Assembly: GCA_964016885.1 (NCBI GenBank)
Contig: OZ024741.1
Coordinates: 124,248,001-124,312,000 of the forward strand
DNA from: Eledone cirrhosa
Taxonomy: Eukaryota
DNA length: 64,000 nt
Direction of reading: 5' to 3'
Below the pieces are notes generated by a model that worked only from the letters and a program-made list of their open reading frames with translations, searched no databases and had not been told where the DNA came from. This document shows, one piece after another, positions 42,309 to 55,507 of this stretch. Numbering within the stretch: the stretch's first letter is position 1; every line of letters begins with the position of its first letter. A program made the position numbers and the translations under genes.

Positions 42309-42413
42309 ACGAGTATGACCCCGACGGCTGAGCTCAAGCCGTTTCGACGGCTAATTCAGTACAGAATTAGCCGTCGAAACGGCTTGAGCTCAACCGTCGG
42401 GGTCCTACTCGTT
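42308..42413. repeat. Palindrome of HHR 3' halves centred on stem II
   Basis: GACCCCGACGG..CCGTTTC-GACGGCTAATTC-agtaca-GAATTAGCCGTC-GAAACGG..CCGTCGGGGTC, between TA tracts. Confidence 0.8.
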
Positions 42414-42489
42414 CCTATTACCCACTCTACTATATATATATATAGTGGCGAAACATAAGTCAATTGCTTGAACTCATAATCCTTTATTT

Positions 42490-42545
42490 ACTGCTATATA
42501 TATTTCGATGATAGCCATTGAGTGGCTATGACCTCATCAGGCAGT
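42490..42545 (-). ncRNA. Type I hammerhead motif (family of 9676)
   Basis: ACUGC-CUGAUGA-GGUcAUAGCCA-cucaa-UGGCUAUcAUC-GAAA-UAUAUA-UA-GCAGU. Confidence 0.85.
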
Positions 42546-42900
42546 TAGTCAGTTCTTTGATATGCCAACTCTGTGTTCATGGTCTTGATTGTATCAGATC
42601 CTTGGGACATATATACATATATCATAACTCATGTCTATAGAATCAATCAGATATTAAAATATATACTATTTCTTCTTCTAATCAGCATAATTAACCATAT
42701 ACATAATCAAATCTAGCAAGCTTTAAGAATAAATTTTCTAACGGGGAAATCTCCGACAAATAATTGATCGCAGCCAGTTCGCGGTAACTCCGTTCACTAT
42801 TTATCAAACACTTCGGCAGCATGCAGAATCCGATCAAATATATCGTCAACCGCACGTAATTAGTAGTAAAATTAAACTTAGAAGAAATGCGCACATACCG

Positions 42901-42979
<79 letters not shown>

Positions 42980-43209
42980 CGAAGGAAATGTGGTAAGGAA
43001 CCAGATGGACCATAACGCACCAAAGTACTCAATACTTAGGGTAGTAGAGTGGGTAATAGGAACGAGTAGGACAATTAGTAAAAAGGAAAGGACAAATTTT
43101 TCCCGGTGAAAAATAGTTTAATTAGGAATAAGTATAAATTAGTAATATGTATTAGTTAGTATTCAGTTTTAGTTTTAAGTTTTTACCAGTTGCGTATTTC
43201 TAATGCACA

Positions 43210-43320
<111 letters not shown>

Positions 43321-44004
43321 CTCCGTATAAGACAAGAGCTGAAAAATATATTTCAACATGTTAAAATAACCCCCACCCCAAGCATTTTCTTTTTCTTTTT
43401 ACTAATATATAACAACTCGTGTGTCACACCTCTATTTTTTTAAATATATATATATATTCATGCATAAAACTTACGAATATGTTCATGTCAGACTTAGTTA
43501 AATAAGCGAATACCACTGGGGGGCGTTACTGAAGTTAACACATTGGCAATAGCCAGAGACGTAGGAGATTGCGCAATTGAGCCAATTCGAAACGACAGAG
43601 GGTATTTATTAGCTGAATCCAACTTGTTCACAGTAGCCCTAATTCTTGAATATCTTATCCTGTATTATACCCGAGGTCAGGGTAATTCTGAGGGATGTAG
43701 TGGTGAAATCTGTCAGAAATCTCATTATTCAAGTTGGGAATCAGACTTCATTAGCAAATAAACAACGCCTACCTACAAGCAAAGTATGGTTAAGGATTCA
43801 TTTATCATATGGAGAAAAAGAACCTGGAAAAAGCAGCATTGAAAATATATCCGCCTTCAAATCAACAGGAGTCTTACCTCAGAAATTATTGTCTGAGGGT
43901 GTCATCCTATATCTGCGTTATGCTGCCATGGCGTAAAAGCGAAGGACACAAGAGAAATGCGTATAACTGCAAATTGCTTTATAAATTGAATTATGCTAAA
44001 CCTG

Positions 44005-44097
<93 letters not shown>

Positions 44098-44306
44098 AGG
44101 TGTATTATTGGTTGTGTACAACAGTCCAATAAATTTATGTTAGCAATATTAAGTTCTCCACGCATTTGTATAACTACTATTCGATTCAAGGAAACAGCTA
44201 GATGATGTAAAACGGAGTATAAGTATCAAAATGAAAATCTGAAGGCAAGGTAAAATTCCAATCATTTTAATGATTGGTATTTTACCTTGCCTTCAGATTT
44301 TCATTT

Positions 44307-44377
<71 letters not shown>

Positions 44378-44388
44378 GAGAAACGGAA

Positions 44389-45029
44389 GTATCTAGTCTT
44401 TAATGCGAAGAAATACCAATGAAAATCAGCAGACTACTGATGATGGACAGTCCTGTTTCTCGGTCTATTTTCATTCATATGTATCCCATTCGAAACAACG
44501 CAGCACGCCGTCTTTTTCATTTACAGATATTTTTGCCCCTCGTTGTCGTTCTTATTCTTTCTATCACTTTACTGCTATTCTTTTTCTCCCTCCCCCTTGT
44601 CTCTCCTTGTAACTCTTGCTTTCTTTCACCCCCTCTGCTGGTCTCACACTCTCGGCTGGCCTCTTCCTCACACTTTCACTCACTCACTCTCTGCTACTCC
44701 TTCTCTCTCACTTCCTCCCGTCTGACCTGTGTGAAATCCTTTCTCTCTCACTTTTCACGTGACTCGCACGTGTCTGCCTCTTCTCGTCGATTGATTTGTT
44801 CGGACTTAAGCCCACAAGATTCATTGACTTGTCTCTCTTTTCCTCTCTTTACGTTGCATTACTACCATGTTGTTTGTTTATTTTCCCCTTCCAATTCGCT
44901 CTGTCCCGATAACTTATTTTAGTTATCGCCCGCACTGATTTTAGGTATCTAGTCGTTAATGCGAAGAAATACCAATGATTATCAGCAGACTACTGAGGAT
45001 GGACAGTCCCGTTTCTCGGTCTATTTTCA

Positions 45030-45036
<7 letters not shown>
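44389..45036. repeat. Element with ~90-bp terminal direct repeats (period 556)
   Basis: GTATCTAGTC.TTAATGCGAAGAAATACC...CTATTTTCA at 44389 and 44945. Inverted homolog at ~22080-22600. Confidence 0.7.
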
Positions 45037-45079
<43 letters not shown>

Positions 45080-45678
45080 CTTGAATAAATTGGCAACATG
45101 ACCCTCCCAAAGTATAACAACTTGAAAAAATTGTTCATATACAATCATGACATTCCACGTGTACCTCTCTACACAGTATTGCGCGATTTTGTATTTATAT
45201 GAATATGTGCATGTGCACCGAGAACATAATTGCATATGTGTTTATTTCGACACATGTTAATTGTTCTGTGTTCTGCTCTGATAAACCCTTAGTGATCATT
45301 AGCGAATATTCCCTAGTTTTATCATTAATAGAAGTTCAAATAGCTGCAAATTGCACAAATTAAAACCAATTACAAGCCAAGTGGCTGCATTTGAAATTAA
45401 TTGTCTCAACACGTAAATAGATTTTCTCAATGTAAATTAATAAATCGATATCATTACATGTCTTTTCATATATCACGATCGACTTTTCAAATATTGTATT
45501 TCTTTACGTTTTTTGAAGTTCATCAGAAAACAAGTATGATTTCTTTCTAAATTTAAGACTGAAGGAGAGACATTGTTAAAACTAATTAATGTATTCGAGT
45601 GATTTGAAGATATATGTACCTATATACATGTATGTTGTGTAAGTGTCATGTCCTGTATATATCTTTCTCTCTCTCCCT

Positions 45679-45755
<77 letters not shown>

Positions 45756-45922
45756 CATACATACATACATACATACCTACATACATATATATATATATAT
45801 ATACATTCAAACACACACCTGTGTGTGTATGTCTGACGCTAAATTATGAAAAAACATTTGATTTAAAGCACTTCAGACATTACGATGTCTGCCGAAAATA
45901 CACACAGACACACTCGTATGTG

Positions 45923-46289
<367 letters not shown>

Positions 46290-46292
<3 letters not shown>

Positions 46293-46556
46293 TATGAAGA
46301 GAGAAGAAACATTTAGATATAATTAGTAATAAAATGTATCATACCTAAACTGCTCCTAAATTCCTCGACTACGTAGTTTCGTGGCATAAACAAAAACAAT
46401 ATATCATAAAGATATAGAGTCCTTGCGAGGTCTGCCGACTTATCAAGAGGATACCTCATTTTACTAGTCTCAAGAACGCGTCTACACGACGTGAGAAAGA
46501 ATCCCAAAAGGCGGAGGGGGACATAGTCACGCGATATAACGGTCGAGAAACAGAGA
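46290..46556 (-). mobile_element. Second copy of the 7663-7992 repeat with U3-A8 HHR at 46362-46451
   Basis: Near-identical reverse complement of 7725-7992. Confidence 0.8.
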
Positions 46557-46758
46557 TATATATATATATATATATATAATATACATATATATATATGAAT
46601 ATATATATATTGTTATATAAAATGTCATCATACTAGTAATGCACAATGGTCATTTTTAAATTTAAATTTTATTAAATAGTTGTTGCTTGCATTGCCTTAA
46701 AATAGTAACAAGAATGTACACATACTTTTTAAAAATACATCATTATCAGTCAAATCAG

Positions 46759-47118
46759 TCAAATGTCACTAAAAGCCAGGTGGTCGATAACAACTTCTAT
46801 AAAATTAGTTACATGCTCACACATTGGATCACCTCTCATCAATGGCATTGGGTGTCTGAGATAATCGTGGAGATAACTGATGAAGTCACAAATGAAGTGA
46901 TGGTCTTCCAGTGTGAACAACTCCCTATATCCATTGATATATGTGATGGCTTCCGATTCATAGGTGCATTTTATGAGGAATTCCATGCATCCGATTTTCA
47001 GTGATTCAATGGGCATGTTATCAGAGATGATAAGGTATTTGACCACGTTTTGCTTTGTAAGTAAATTGGAGAGAATCACTGCAGTCAAAGTCATTTCTTT
47101 GCATGGGTTTTTGTCCAT
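46759..47118 (-). CDS. Candidate 119-aa ORF of unknown function
   Basis: Non-repetitive, protein-like composition; ATG directly preceded by a TTTTTAG acceptor-like site. No recognisable motif. Confidence 0.3.
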   Translation of the reverse strand: MDKNPCKEMTLTAVILSNLLTKQNVVKYLIISDNMPIESLKIGCMEFLIKCTYESEAITYINGYRELFTLEDHHFICDFISYLHDYLRHPMPLMRGDPMCEHVTNFIEVVIDHLAFSDI

Positions 47119-47391
47119 TCTAAAAAGTTAAAATGATAAAGTATTACTACTATATAACTTACATCTATTGTTGTAACACCATTGAAATGCACAAGTTTCA
47201 CCAATTCACTATTATGCACTAATCATCTCAAAGGCCTTCATGATTTACTAGCTTTGTCATTAAGCCAGTTGCCTCAACTAGATTGCAATTATATTCAAAA
47301 GAACTTTAAAATGTCAATCACTTGTCAGTAATTCACTATGATCATTTATTTATTAGATAGTTGTTGCTTGCATTGCCTTAAAAAATAGTAG

Positions 47392-48483
47392 ACCAGATAG
47401 AAAAACGCGTACAGCAAAAAAAAGTAATATTGTTGGAATATAAACCTTTAAAAATACAGGACAAGAAACTAAAATAAAACTTTAAAAGAATAGGACAAGA
47501 AACTAAGATAAAACTTTAAAAGAATAGGACAAGAAACTAAGATAAAACTTTAAAGAATTGGACAAGAAATAAAAAAATTTACAATAATATTAGTGGCAAC
47601 ATTTTTTTATTCGTTTCCTGTGCTATGCCCCAGTATCTTCTTGATTAGTGCATAATAATTGTCATGCTCTCATTGTGCGTTGCCCCTGAGCGGTTGGTTC
47701 TGGTTGGGGTTGGTTGGCTGAGAAGTTCTGCTCCGCTAGAATGACCATTGCAAGACGAATTGGCAGATGCAGCTGCAGGTCTCCTCCAAGAATGCACTTC
47801 TGGTCCCGCAACACCAGATGAAGATGGAGAAGACGACCGGGACAGGATGTCGACTCTGACCACAGACTACGGCACCTCCCTCAACCACCGGTCCTCCCTC
47901 CCTCTGTCCCGTCATCCCTCCAGTCCTCCTGCTCCCCCTTCCTGTACCAGAAAGCTGTGGCACGCATTCATCTGGACTGCCGGACTTGAACTCAAGGACA
48001 AGATGCAAGGAGAAGATGGACGGGTTGGTCAAGATCAAGGATGAGCGGGACGACAAGACCGTCCGCTGCTGCTCAAGATCTGTGCTCATGGGCCCATGGG
48101 TCCATTCACATTATGCATGACACATGAGGCGTGTCGCCGAATGATGAAATAGGGGTATGGTTATGGCCCAATTGGTGTTCAAACCAAGATTAAATGATCC
48201 CCCGGTCTGACGACCACCTCTGAATGTGGAACCCAGAGCCTATGAATGTGGAACTCGATTTTTTACAAATAAAAATGTTGCCACTAATATTATTGTAACA
48301 TTTTTTTATTTCTTGTCCAAATCTTTAAAATTTTATCTTAGTTTCTTGTCCTATTCTTTTAAAGTTTTATCTTAGTTTCTTGTCCTATTCTTTTAAAGTT
48401 TTCTTTTAGTATCTTGTCCTTTATTTTTAAAGGTTTATATTCCAACAATATTACTTTTTTTTGCTGTACGCATTTTTCTATCT

Positions 48484-48486
<3 letters not shown>
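47392..48486. mobile_element. Element with ~220-bp terminal inverted repeats containing 34-bp subrepeats
   Basis: ACCAGATAGAAAAA...GGCAACATTTTT (47392-47612) is the reverse complement of 48268-48486. Subrepeat GGACAAGAAACTAAGATAAAACTTTAAAAGAATA. Confidence 0.85.
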
Positions 48487-48520
<34 letters not shown>

Positions 48521-48525
<5 letters not shown>

Positions 48526-50322
48526 TACTTGGGGAGGGTCATATTTGTGTAATATTGCCAGAATTAATAACAGAACACATTCACTGTTTGGTTGGTTTTC
48601 GCTTCTGTGTCTTTTATATCGGTCAGTTTAATTTATTCGGTCCTCAATGTTGCCATTGCCTGACGAACGGTCAAAAATACAGATACAATATAGACACAAA
48701 CACATATATGTAGTCTATCAAAGTTCTTTCGTTGCACATCTGCAACATCGTCAGTGTTGCTATTATGTTTCCTCCCGTTGCATTGTATGCTTACGCCATC
48801 TTTATTTAGTCTGTTTATTTTTTTTTTGTCTTCTCTGCGCATGCGTTTGCGTATAGTGTTTTGTTTGATGTGTGTTCTTGTTTGGGTGACTGTGTATTGG
48901 TTAATGTATTCTATCTTTACTAGTGTGTGTTTTTATGTGTTTGTTGTTATTGTGCTTGTGTATGTATTTATCTATTTATTTATTTATCTTTCTATCTATT
49001 TATACTTCTCATAGGTCAGTGTTGTTTGTATGGGTGTTGTTGTTATTCCATTCATCTTTTCCCGTTTAGCCTTGGCTTTCTAAGTTCTATTTCGCTGGCC
49101 TCTCTGATTTGCCTATCCTCTGGGTCATTTCTATGTTTAAATATTATTCTAACTTCTAGGTTGTCTATGTTACCGTTGTGTTGTTGTCTGGCGTGTTCGT
49201 ATAGTACTGAACCGTTTTTTCGTCCTTTTAGTTTCCCTTGGAGAGAAATTAGCTAACCAGTGTAGAAAGGTCCTGAGAAAGACCCACTTAAAGATTAAGA
49301 GGTAGAAAAGCCAGGAACCACCATAAAATCACTGATCAGCAAAACCTAGCCTTTTAAGAAAACCCACTGTACTAATAGGAAATGTATCATATGTAGAGTA
49401 AAGCCCCGGATAAACTGTAAAACTAGAAACGTAGTCTATAGCATAGGATCTACAGAGGGTACTTGCAGAAACATGACAACAACATACATAGGCGAGACAG
49501 CTCGTAGCATAGGTGAAAGGATAGACCAACACTGGGGGGAACTAAAAGGACGAAAAAACGGTTCAGTACTATACGAACACGCCAGACAACAACACAACGG
49601 TAACATAGACAACCTAGAAGTTAGAATAATATCTAAACATAGAAATGACCCAGCAGATAGGCAAATCAGAGAGGCCAGCGAAATAGAACTTAGAAGCCCA
49701 AGGCTAAACAGAAAAAATGAATGGAATAACAACAACACCCAAACAAACAACACTGACCTAAGAGAAATATAAATAGATAGATAGATAAATAAATAAATAG
49801 ATAAATACATACACAAGCACAATAACAACAAACATATATAAACACACACTAGTAAACTAAGATAGAATACATTAACCAATACACAGTCACCCAACCAAGA
49901 ACACACATCAAATAAAACACTATACGCAAACGCATGCGCAGAGAAGACAAAAAAAAACAAATAAATAAATAAATAAACAGACTAAATAATGATGGCGTAA
50001 GCATACAATGCAACGGGAGGAAACATAACAGCAACACTGACGATGTTGCAGATGTGCAACGAAGGAACTTTGATAGGCTATATATATGTGCTGGTGTCTA
50101 TATTGTATCTGTATTCTTGACCGTTGGTCAGTTAATGGCAACATTGAGGACCGAATAAATTAAATTGACTGATATAAAAGAAACAGAAGCGAAAACCAAC
50201 CAAACAGTGAGTGTGTTCTGCTATTAATTCTGGCAATATTATTACACAAATATGACCTCCCCAAGTATAACAATATTTGTTTTGACACACGATTTCATAT
50301 CAAAAACCTCGCCAAACTAATT
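48521..50322. mobile_element. Head-to-head palindromic Penelope insertion (two EN-pLTR 3' fragments)
   Basis: Left arm 48521-49236 (-) and right arm ~49240-50322 (+), both highly similar to 33345-34140. HHR motifs at 48717-48758(-) and 50033-50074(+, GAAA>GAAG). Confidence 0.9.
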
Positions 50323-50517
50323 CATCGCCGTTATATATATATATACGTATGTTTGTTTTTGCGATTGTGTATAAACACTGAAACCAGCGCACCCAAACAT
50401 ACCCACATATATGCATTTGTGATATACAGAAATAGAGACACATATACAGGTATAGAGAAAAAGTGATAGTGTGGGAGAGAGGTGGGAGAGAGATAGACAT
50501 ATATACAGACTAAGATT

Positions 50518-50643
<126 letters not shown>

Positions 50644-50995
50644 GACAGAGACAGAGAGAGAGAAAGATAGAGATAAAAGGTGAAGTTGGAAATAGCATGG
50701 AAAATATATTTAAGGGTCTGTTTTTCTTTTTTGATTCGTCAAAGTGACATTATTGAAAAGATAACATTATTGAAAGGACGATTCTTTATTTAAAAAATGT
50801 TTATAATGTATATAAAGTATATAAAGTATTACCAGCTTCTATGTATTATTAAAATTCATCTTATCAAATGTTGAGTATTGAAATAAAAATTCAAAGGAAT
50901 TAATAAGAGTTAAAAACTAAAAATTAAGGATTTAGAATTAAAATCAAATGTTGGAGTAAGTTTTCTTCCATCCTTCTTGCTCAAAATTTGGTGGT

Positions 50996-51069
<74 letters not shown>

Positions 51070-51318
51070 ATTATATGAATGTATATACCAGCTATACCAG
51101 CACGAGTACCTGCCACAGACGCATTGCGCTAGAAAAAGCAGTAAAATCTTCCCATTTCCGGAGAAAAAGTCAATGGGGAGCATGTCAGATGTCACATTTG
51201 TTGAAACCAAGAAATATTTATCTTTTGAAATTATTATTAATTTTATTTCGCCTTATTAGCAGTCAACGTACAAGCAAACACACTTCTTTTTTTATAAGAG
51301 CTATATATATATATATAT

Positions 51319-51750
51319 TTGTTTAGCAAGATTCTTTATCTGAAAACGTGTGTTGAAACCGATATTGCTATACTTTGGGAGCGTCATGTTGCCAATAAGA
51401 AACACACGCACCATTTGCTGTCACTTCAATTTATTATAATAAATTGATAAATTTAGGAATTTATAAATTTCTGGTTGGTTGGTTCCACACACAAAAACAA
51501 GATGGCGTAGGACAGAACAAAGGAGAGGCACAAAAACAAAGAAAATAATCCCCAGTCACTGAAGAGGTAACAGAATGTGTGACGAAAGAACTTTGACAAT
51601 ATATAAACAATCATCTGGTTGTGGAACCAACTAACCAACCGGAAATTTATAAATTCCTAAATTTATAAATTTATTATAATAAATTGAAGTGAAAGCAACT
51701 GGTGCGTGTGTTTCTTATTGGCAACATGACCATCCCAAAGTATAACAATA
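51319..51750. mobile_element. Head-to-head Penelope pLTR fragments with HHR at 51555-51597 (+)
   Basis: GUCA-CUGAAGA-G-GUaACA..UGUGAC-GAAA-GAAC-UU-UGAC. Arms match 9812-10113 and 4258-4520. Confidence 0.8.
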
Positions 51751-53594
51751 TATGTATATATATATATAAGTGACGTCAATCCTGTTACCATGTAGGTGTA
51801 ACTTCCCGCTCCTCTCACGCACACACACAAACAGATTGGCCATCACATAGGCTTTCTTCTCTATCTTGCTATTTTTACGTTTTTTAGTACACCCGAACAC
51901 ATTTACTCTTTTGAATGGATACTTATTCATAAAATCATTCGTATGCTTGCAAACTACATCATATTGTCGTCTTCTCAAATATTATATTTCTTTTATAGTA
52001 ACCTATTTGTTCTATCAATCTTCAGACAATGCTCGCGGCCTCTTTACAACTATCTTCAGGCAAAAATACAAGCAAATGATCAAACGATTTCACATCATTA
52101 ATCTAACATTATCTCTCGAGCGAGACATTTCTGAATTTGTTATGTGAACTGATAGCCGTCTGGACATGAATTAATAATAGTTTTTTTTTTTTTTTCTAAT
52201 TAAAAATCTTAACCGATATCAAATTTACATTTCCACCTTTACTGTAGCCAGATTAATAGCTAACACGAAGTTGTTGATAAAATAGTGTTGTTAATTTCAC
52301 CTATGTTATACCTGATTAAGCATGTTTACCATTTAAGTAATTTTAGTCACGACAATCTAGGAGGTTTTTTTAAATTATATTATGTATAAAATTATATTTT
52401 ACAAAGCTGTTTATATAAAAATAAAACACATATTAAAACACATATTAAAAGGAACTAAAAGGAAAGAAAACAATGGAAATGAAAAAAAAAGAAAGAAAAA
52501 AGAATCAAGCAGTGAAAGAAAGGATGAAGTGGGTATACATTACAACCCAGTGTGAGAGGTACCTCAGTTGCGCCCCGCATACACAATGGCCAGAGATACC
52601 CGCTGCAACAGCCACCTCTCCTTACGGGTCTACTGCCTCAAGTGGGTCACCAGTTTTTCGATTTTACAGAGTAAAGATATGAATACACGAACATGAAATC
52701 TGGATCGAAGAAAGCGGCCAATTGTCAGGCTAAATTTCTCGGTATTGATTCCTGGCCCTGATGCTGAAATCATGTTGACGTAATTTTATATATTCAGGAT
52801 TGAGAAATAAAGTACCAGTCCAGTTCAAGGGTAACGGATTAACAGATAGATTGTTGAAGCGTGTTTCAAATCCAGTCGCCTCGCACCAAAATAACCGTGA
52901 CGTGTCTGCCAGGAGCCGTGGCTTTCCGATAGTATCAGTAATGAAAAAAGTAATGGGCTCATAGTTTATTACCTCAAGTAGTGTATCGGCTTATTTTACT
53001 TCTTTTTGCCAAACGAAAGTTTCTATTGCTGATATTCCTGTTTAGCTACATGCCAATCATAATTGAGTTGGCCTATACGAACAAAGCCATTCCAATTTGA
53101 AGGTGTATTTGACTATCATTTCTAACACATCTTATTCTTTAATGTACCAAATTTTACTTGTGTCAGTCATTAGACTTCGGCCATGCGTTGACACCGATGG
53201 GAATAATGTTTATTTTTTAGACAATCAAATAGACATTTGTATTTGTTTTTCCGACTGGTATATATTTTATTAATCTATGTATGACAATCCGCTGTAGTTA
53301 TGACTTGACTGCTATTGCTAGCAGATAGATTTATCCACGTCAAGGCTCATTTATTAGCCAATTGTCAACCTGATTTTGTCCTTTTTAATTCAAAACTGCC
53401 ATGGCTGCCCTGCCATTGTTTAATGAAATTGGGAGAGAAAATATGGAGTCTTAGTTATGTTGCAAGCAATCATTTAAAATTATCTACTCCTAAAACATTG
53501 ATTCTGTAAATGTACCATCTCAAAGTATAAACATCGATACGTGAGACACTCCATCTGTAGTATTTTTAATAGGATCTACTAGCTCTGATTTTAA

Positions 53595-53660
<66 letters not shown>

Positions 53661-54544
53661 TATATATAAAAGACAAAATGATGATTTAAATACAATATCG
53701 CTAACAATAGAGACTTGTTATGAAATACATTTCTGAAGTTGTTGAAGCAATCAAACTAGAAATAACTTCTTTCCATTCATCTTAAAATTCAATTTAATTT
53801 TAAAATAATTCATCTTTGCGAGTGTTGATTTCTTCATACTCTTAGAAACTGATCAAATAATTTAAAAAAAATTAATATATGGAAGTCTACTTAGAAGAGG
53901 CTTGAAATACTAAACTTTGCTAAAAATTGAAACAAAAATAGAAAATGAACAATCGTAACTTTTTTGTATTATAAACCTCCCAGACCCGATACGCATAATA
54001 TTATGTTCATAAATCTACTCATATATAAGTTTCTTTTTTCAGGCACCAATTTTATGACTGTTCTCTAAGAAAACGGGGACGTATATGAAAAGTTGTGGCT
54101 GCAATAAACAAAATGTTATGATGAAAAGTTATCACTTCCACAGAAAAATATAAACAGAAAAGTTTTATCGAAATATTTAAGATTTTTATGAATGTTATGG
54201 CATTCACAAAGAAAACAAAAGCACATTTAACCTGAATTGAGCGCGGAAGTGCTATAAAGAACAGAAATAATATTCTCTTATATCTAGCGATAATTATATA
54301 TATACAAAAGTCTAGAAATAAAATCCGCTAAGAGAGTTTGTTTGAAACAACTCTGGTTTGCATGACTACATTAATTCGATGTCAAAATAAAATAAAGGCG
54401 TTACTAGCACAAACTATATAAAATAATATAAAATAATATTGTAATATTGTGTATGGTAAAGATTGTAATATACCTATCTATTTATATATATATATATATA
54501 TAAACATATATATAAATTTATAAATATATATACATATATATATT

Positions 54545-54605
<61 letters not shown>

Positions 54606-54790
54606 GTTATTCCGGGTTGAATCGGAGGTAACCACAGTAAGTAAGGTACTCAATACATAGCAGAGTATAACAGTTTTAATATAGATGAGATTCTACAGGA
54701 CTAGAACTGTTTCATTCATTAGAAATCATCAGATGATTTCTAATGAATGAAACAGTTCTAGTCCTGTAGAATCTCATCTATATTAAAACT
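54606..54790. mobile_element. Asymmetric palindromic HHR element, second insertion of the 46052 family
   Basis: Same outer termini as 46052-46245. Perfect palindrome 54672-54790 centred on 54731 inside the CUGAUGA core. Confidence 0.85.
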
Positions 54791-54976
54791 ATATATATAT
54801 ATATATATATGTATGTATATATATATATATACAGATATATATATATATATGTATGTATATATATACAGATATATATATATATATGTATGTATATATATAT
54901 ATACAGATATATATATATATATATGTATGTATATATATATATACAGATATATATATATATGTATATATATATACAG

Positions 54977-55017
<41 letters not shown>

Positions 55018-55020
55018 CAG

Positions 55021-55112
<92 letters not shown>

Positions 55113-55167
55113 GTGAGGTTTTTTTTACAAAATGAAAAATAACCGAGGTGTCCTACACGAGTGGAAG

Positions 55168-55464
55168 TATAAAGAAAAAGGGATGAAATCGAAAATGCAA
55201 CTGAAGTCTTATTTTTTTAAAAAATATATATATTTATTTGGTTCCTTTACCGGTTTCGCAGTTCTTCTGCTTTTCAAAAGGTGAGTTGAGATGGAGGGTC
55301 TGTGGTTTTTCTCACATCTGTGAGAAAAACCACAGACCCTCCATCTCAACTCACCTTTTGAAAAGCAGAAGAACTGCGAAACCGGTAAAGGAACCAAATA
55401 AATATATATATTTTAAAAAAAATAAGACTTCAGTTGCATTTTCGATTTCATCCCTTTTTCTTTA

Positions 55465-55466
<2 letters not shown>
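55168..55466. repeat. ~150-bp-arm near-perfect palindrome carrying two U3-A8 hammerhead motifs
   Basis: Centre TC at 55317-55318. CCUU-UUGAAAA-GCAG-aagaa-CUGC-GAAA-CCGG-UA-AAGG at 55354-55391(+) and 55244-55281(-). Confidence 0.9.

Positions 55467-55507
<41 letters not shown>

Noticed and set aside
43543-43936. Overlapping short ORFs in unique-looking sequence
   Set aside because: No motif, splice structure or repeat partner recognised.
51960-52065. Two CTGAAGA motifs on the minus strand followed by GAAA
   Set aside because: Stem I and cleavage-site spacing do not fit a hammerhead.
54809-55135. Numerous [16 protein letters not shown]/poly-E/K/F ORFs across the track
   Set aside because: Translations of microsatellites.
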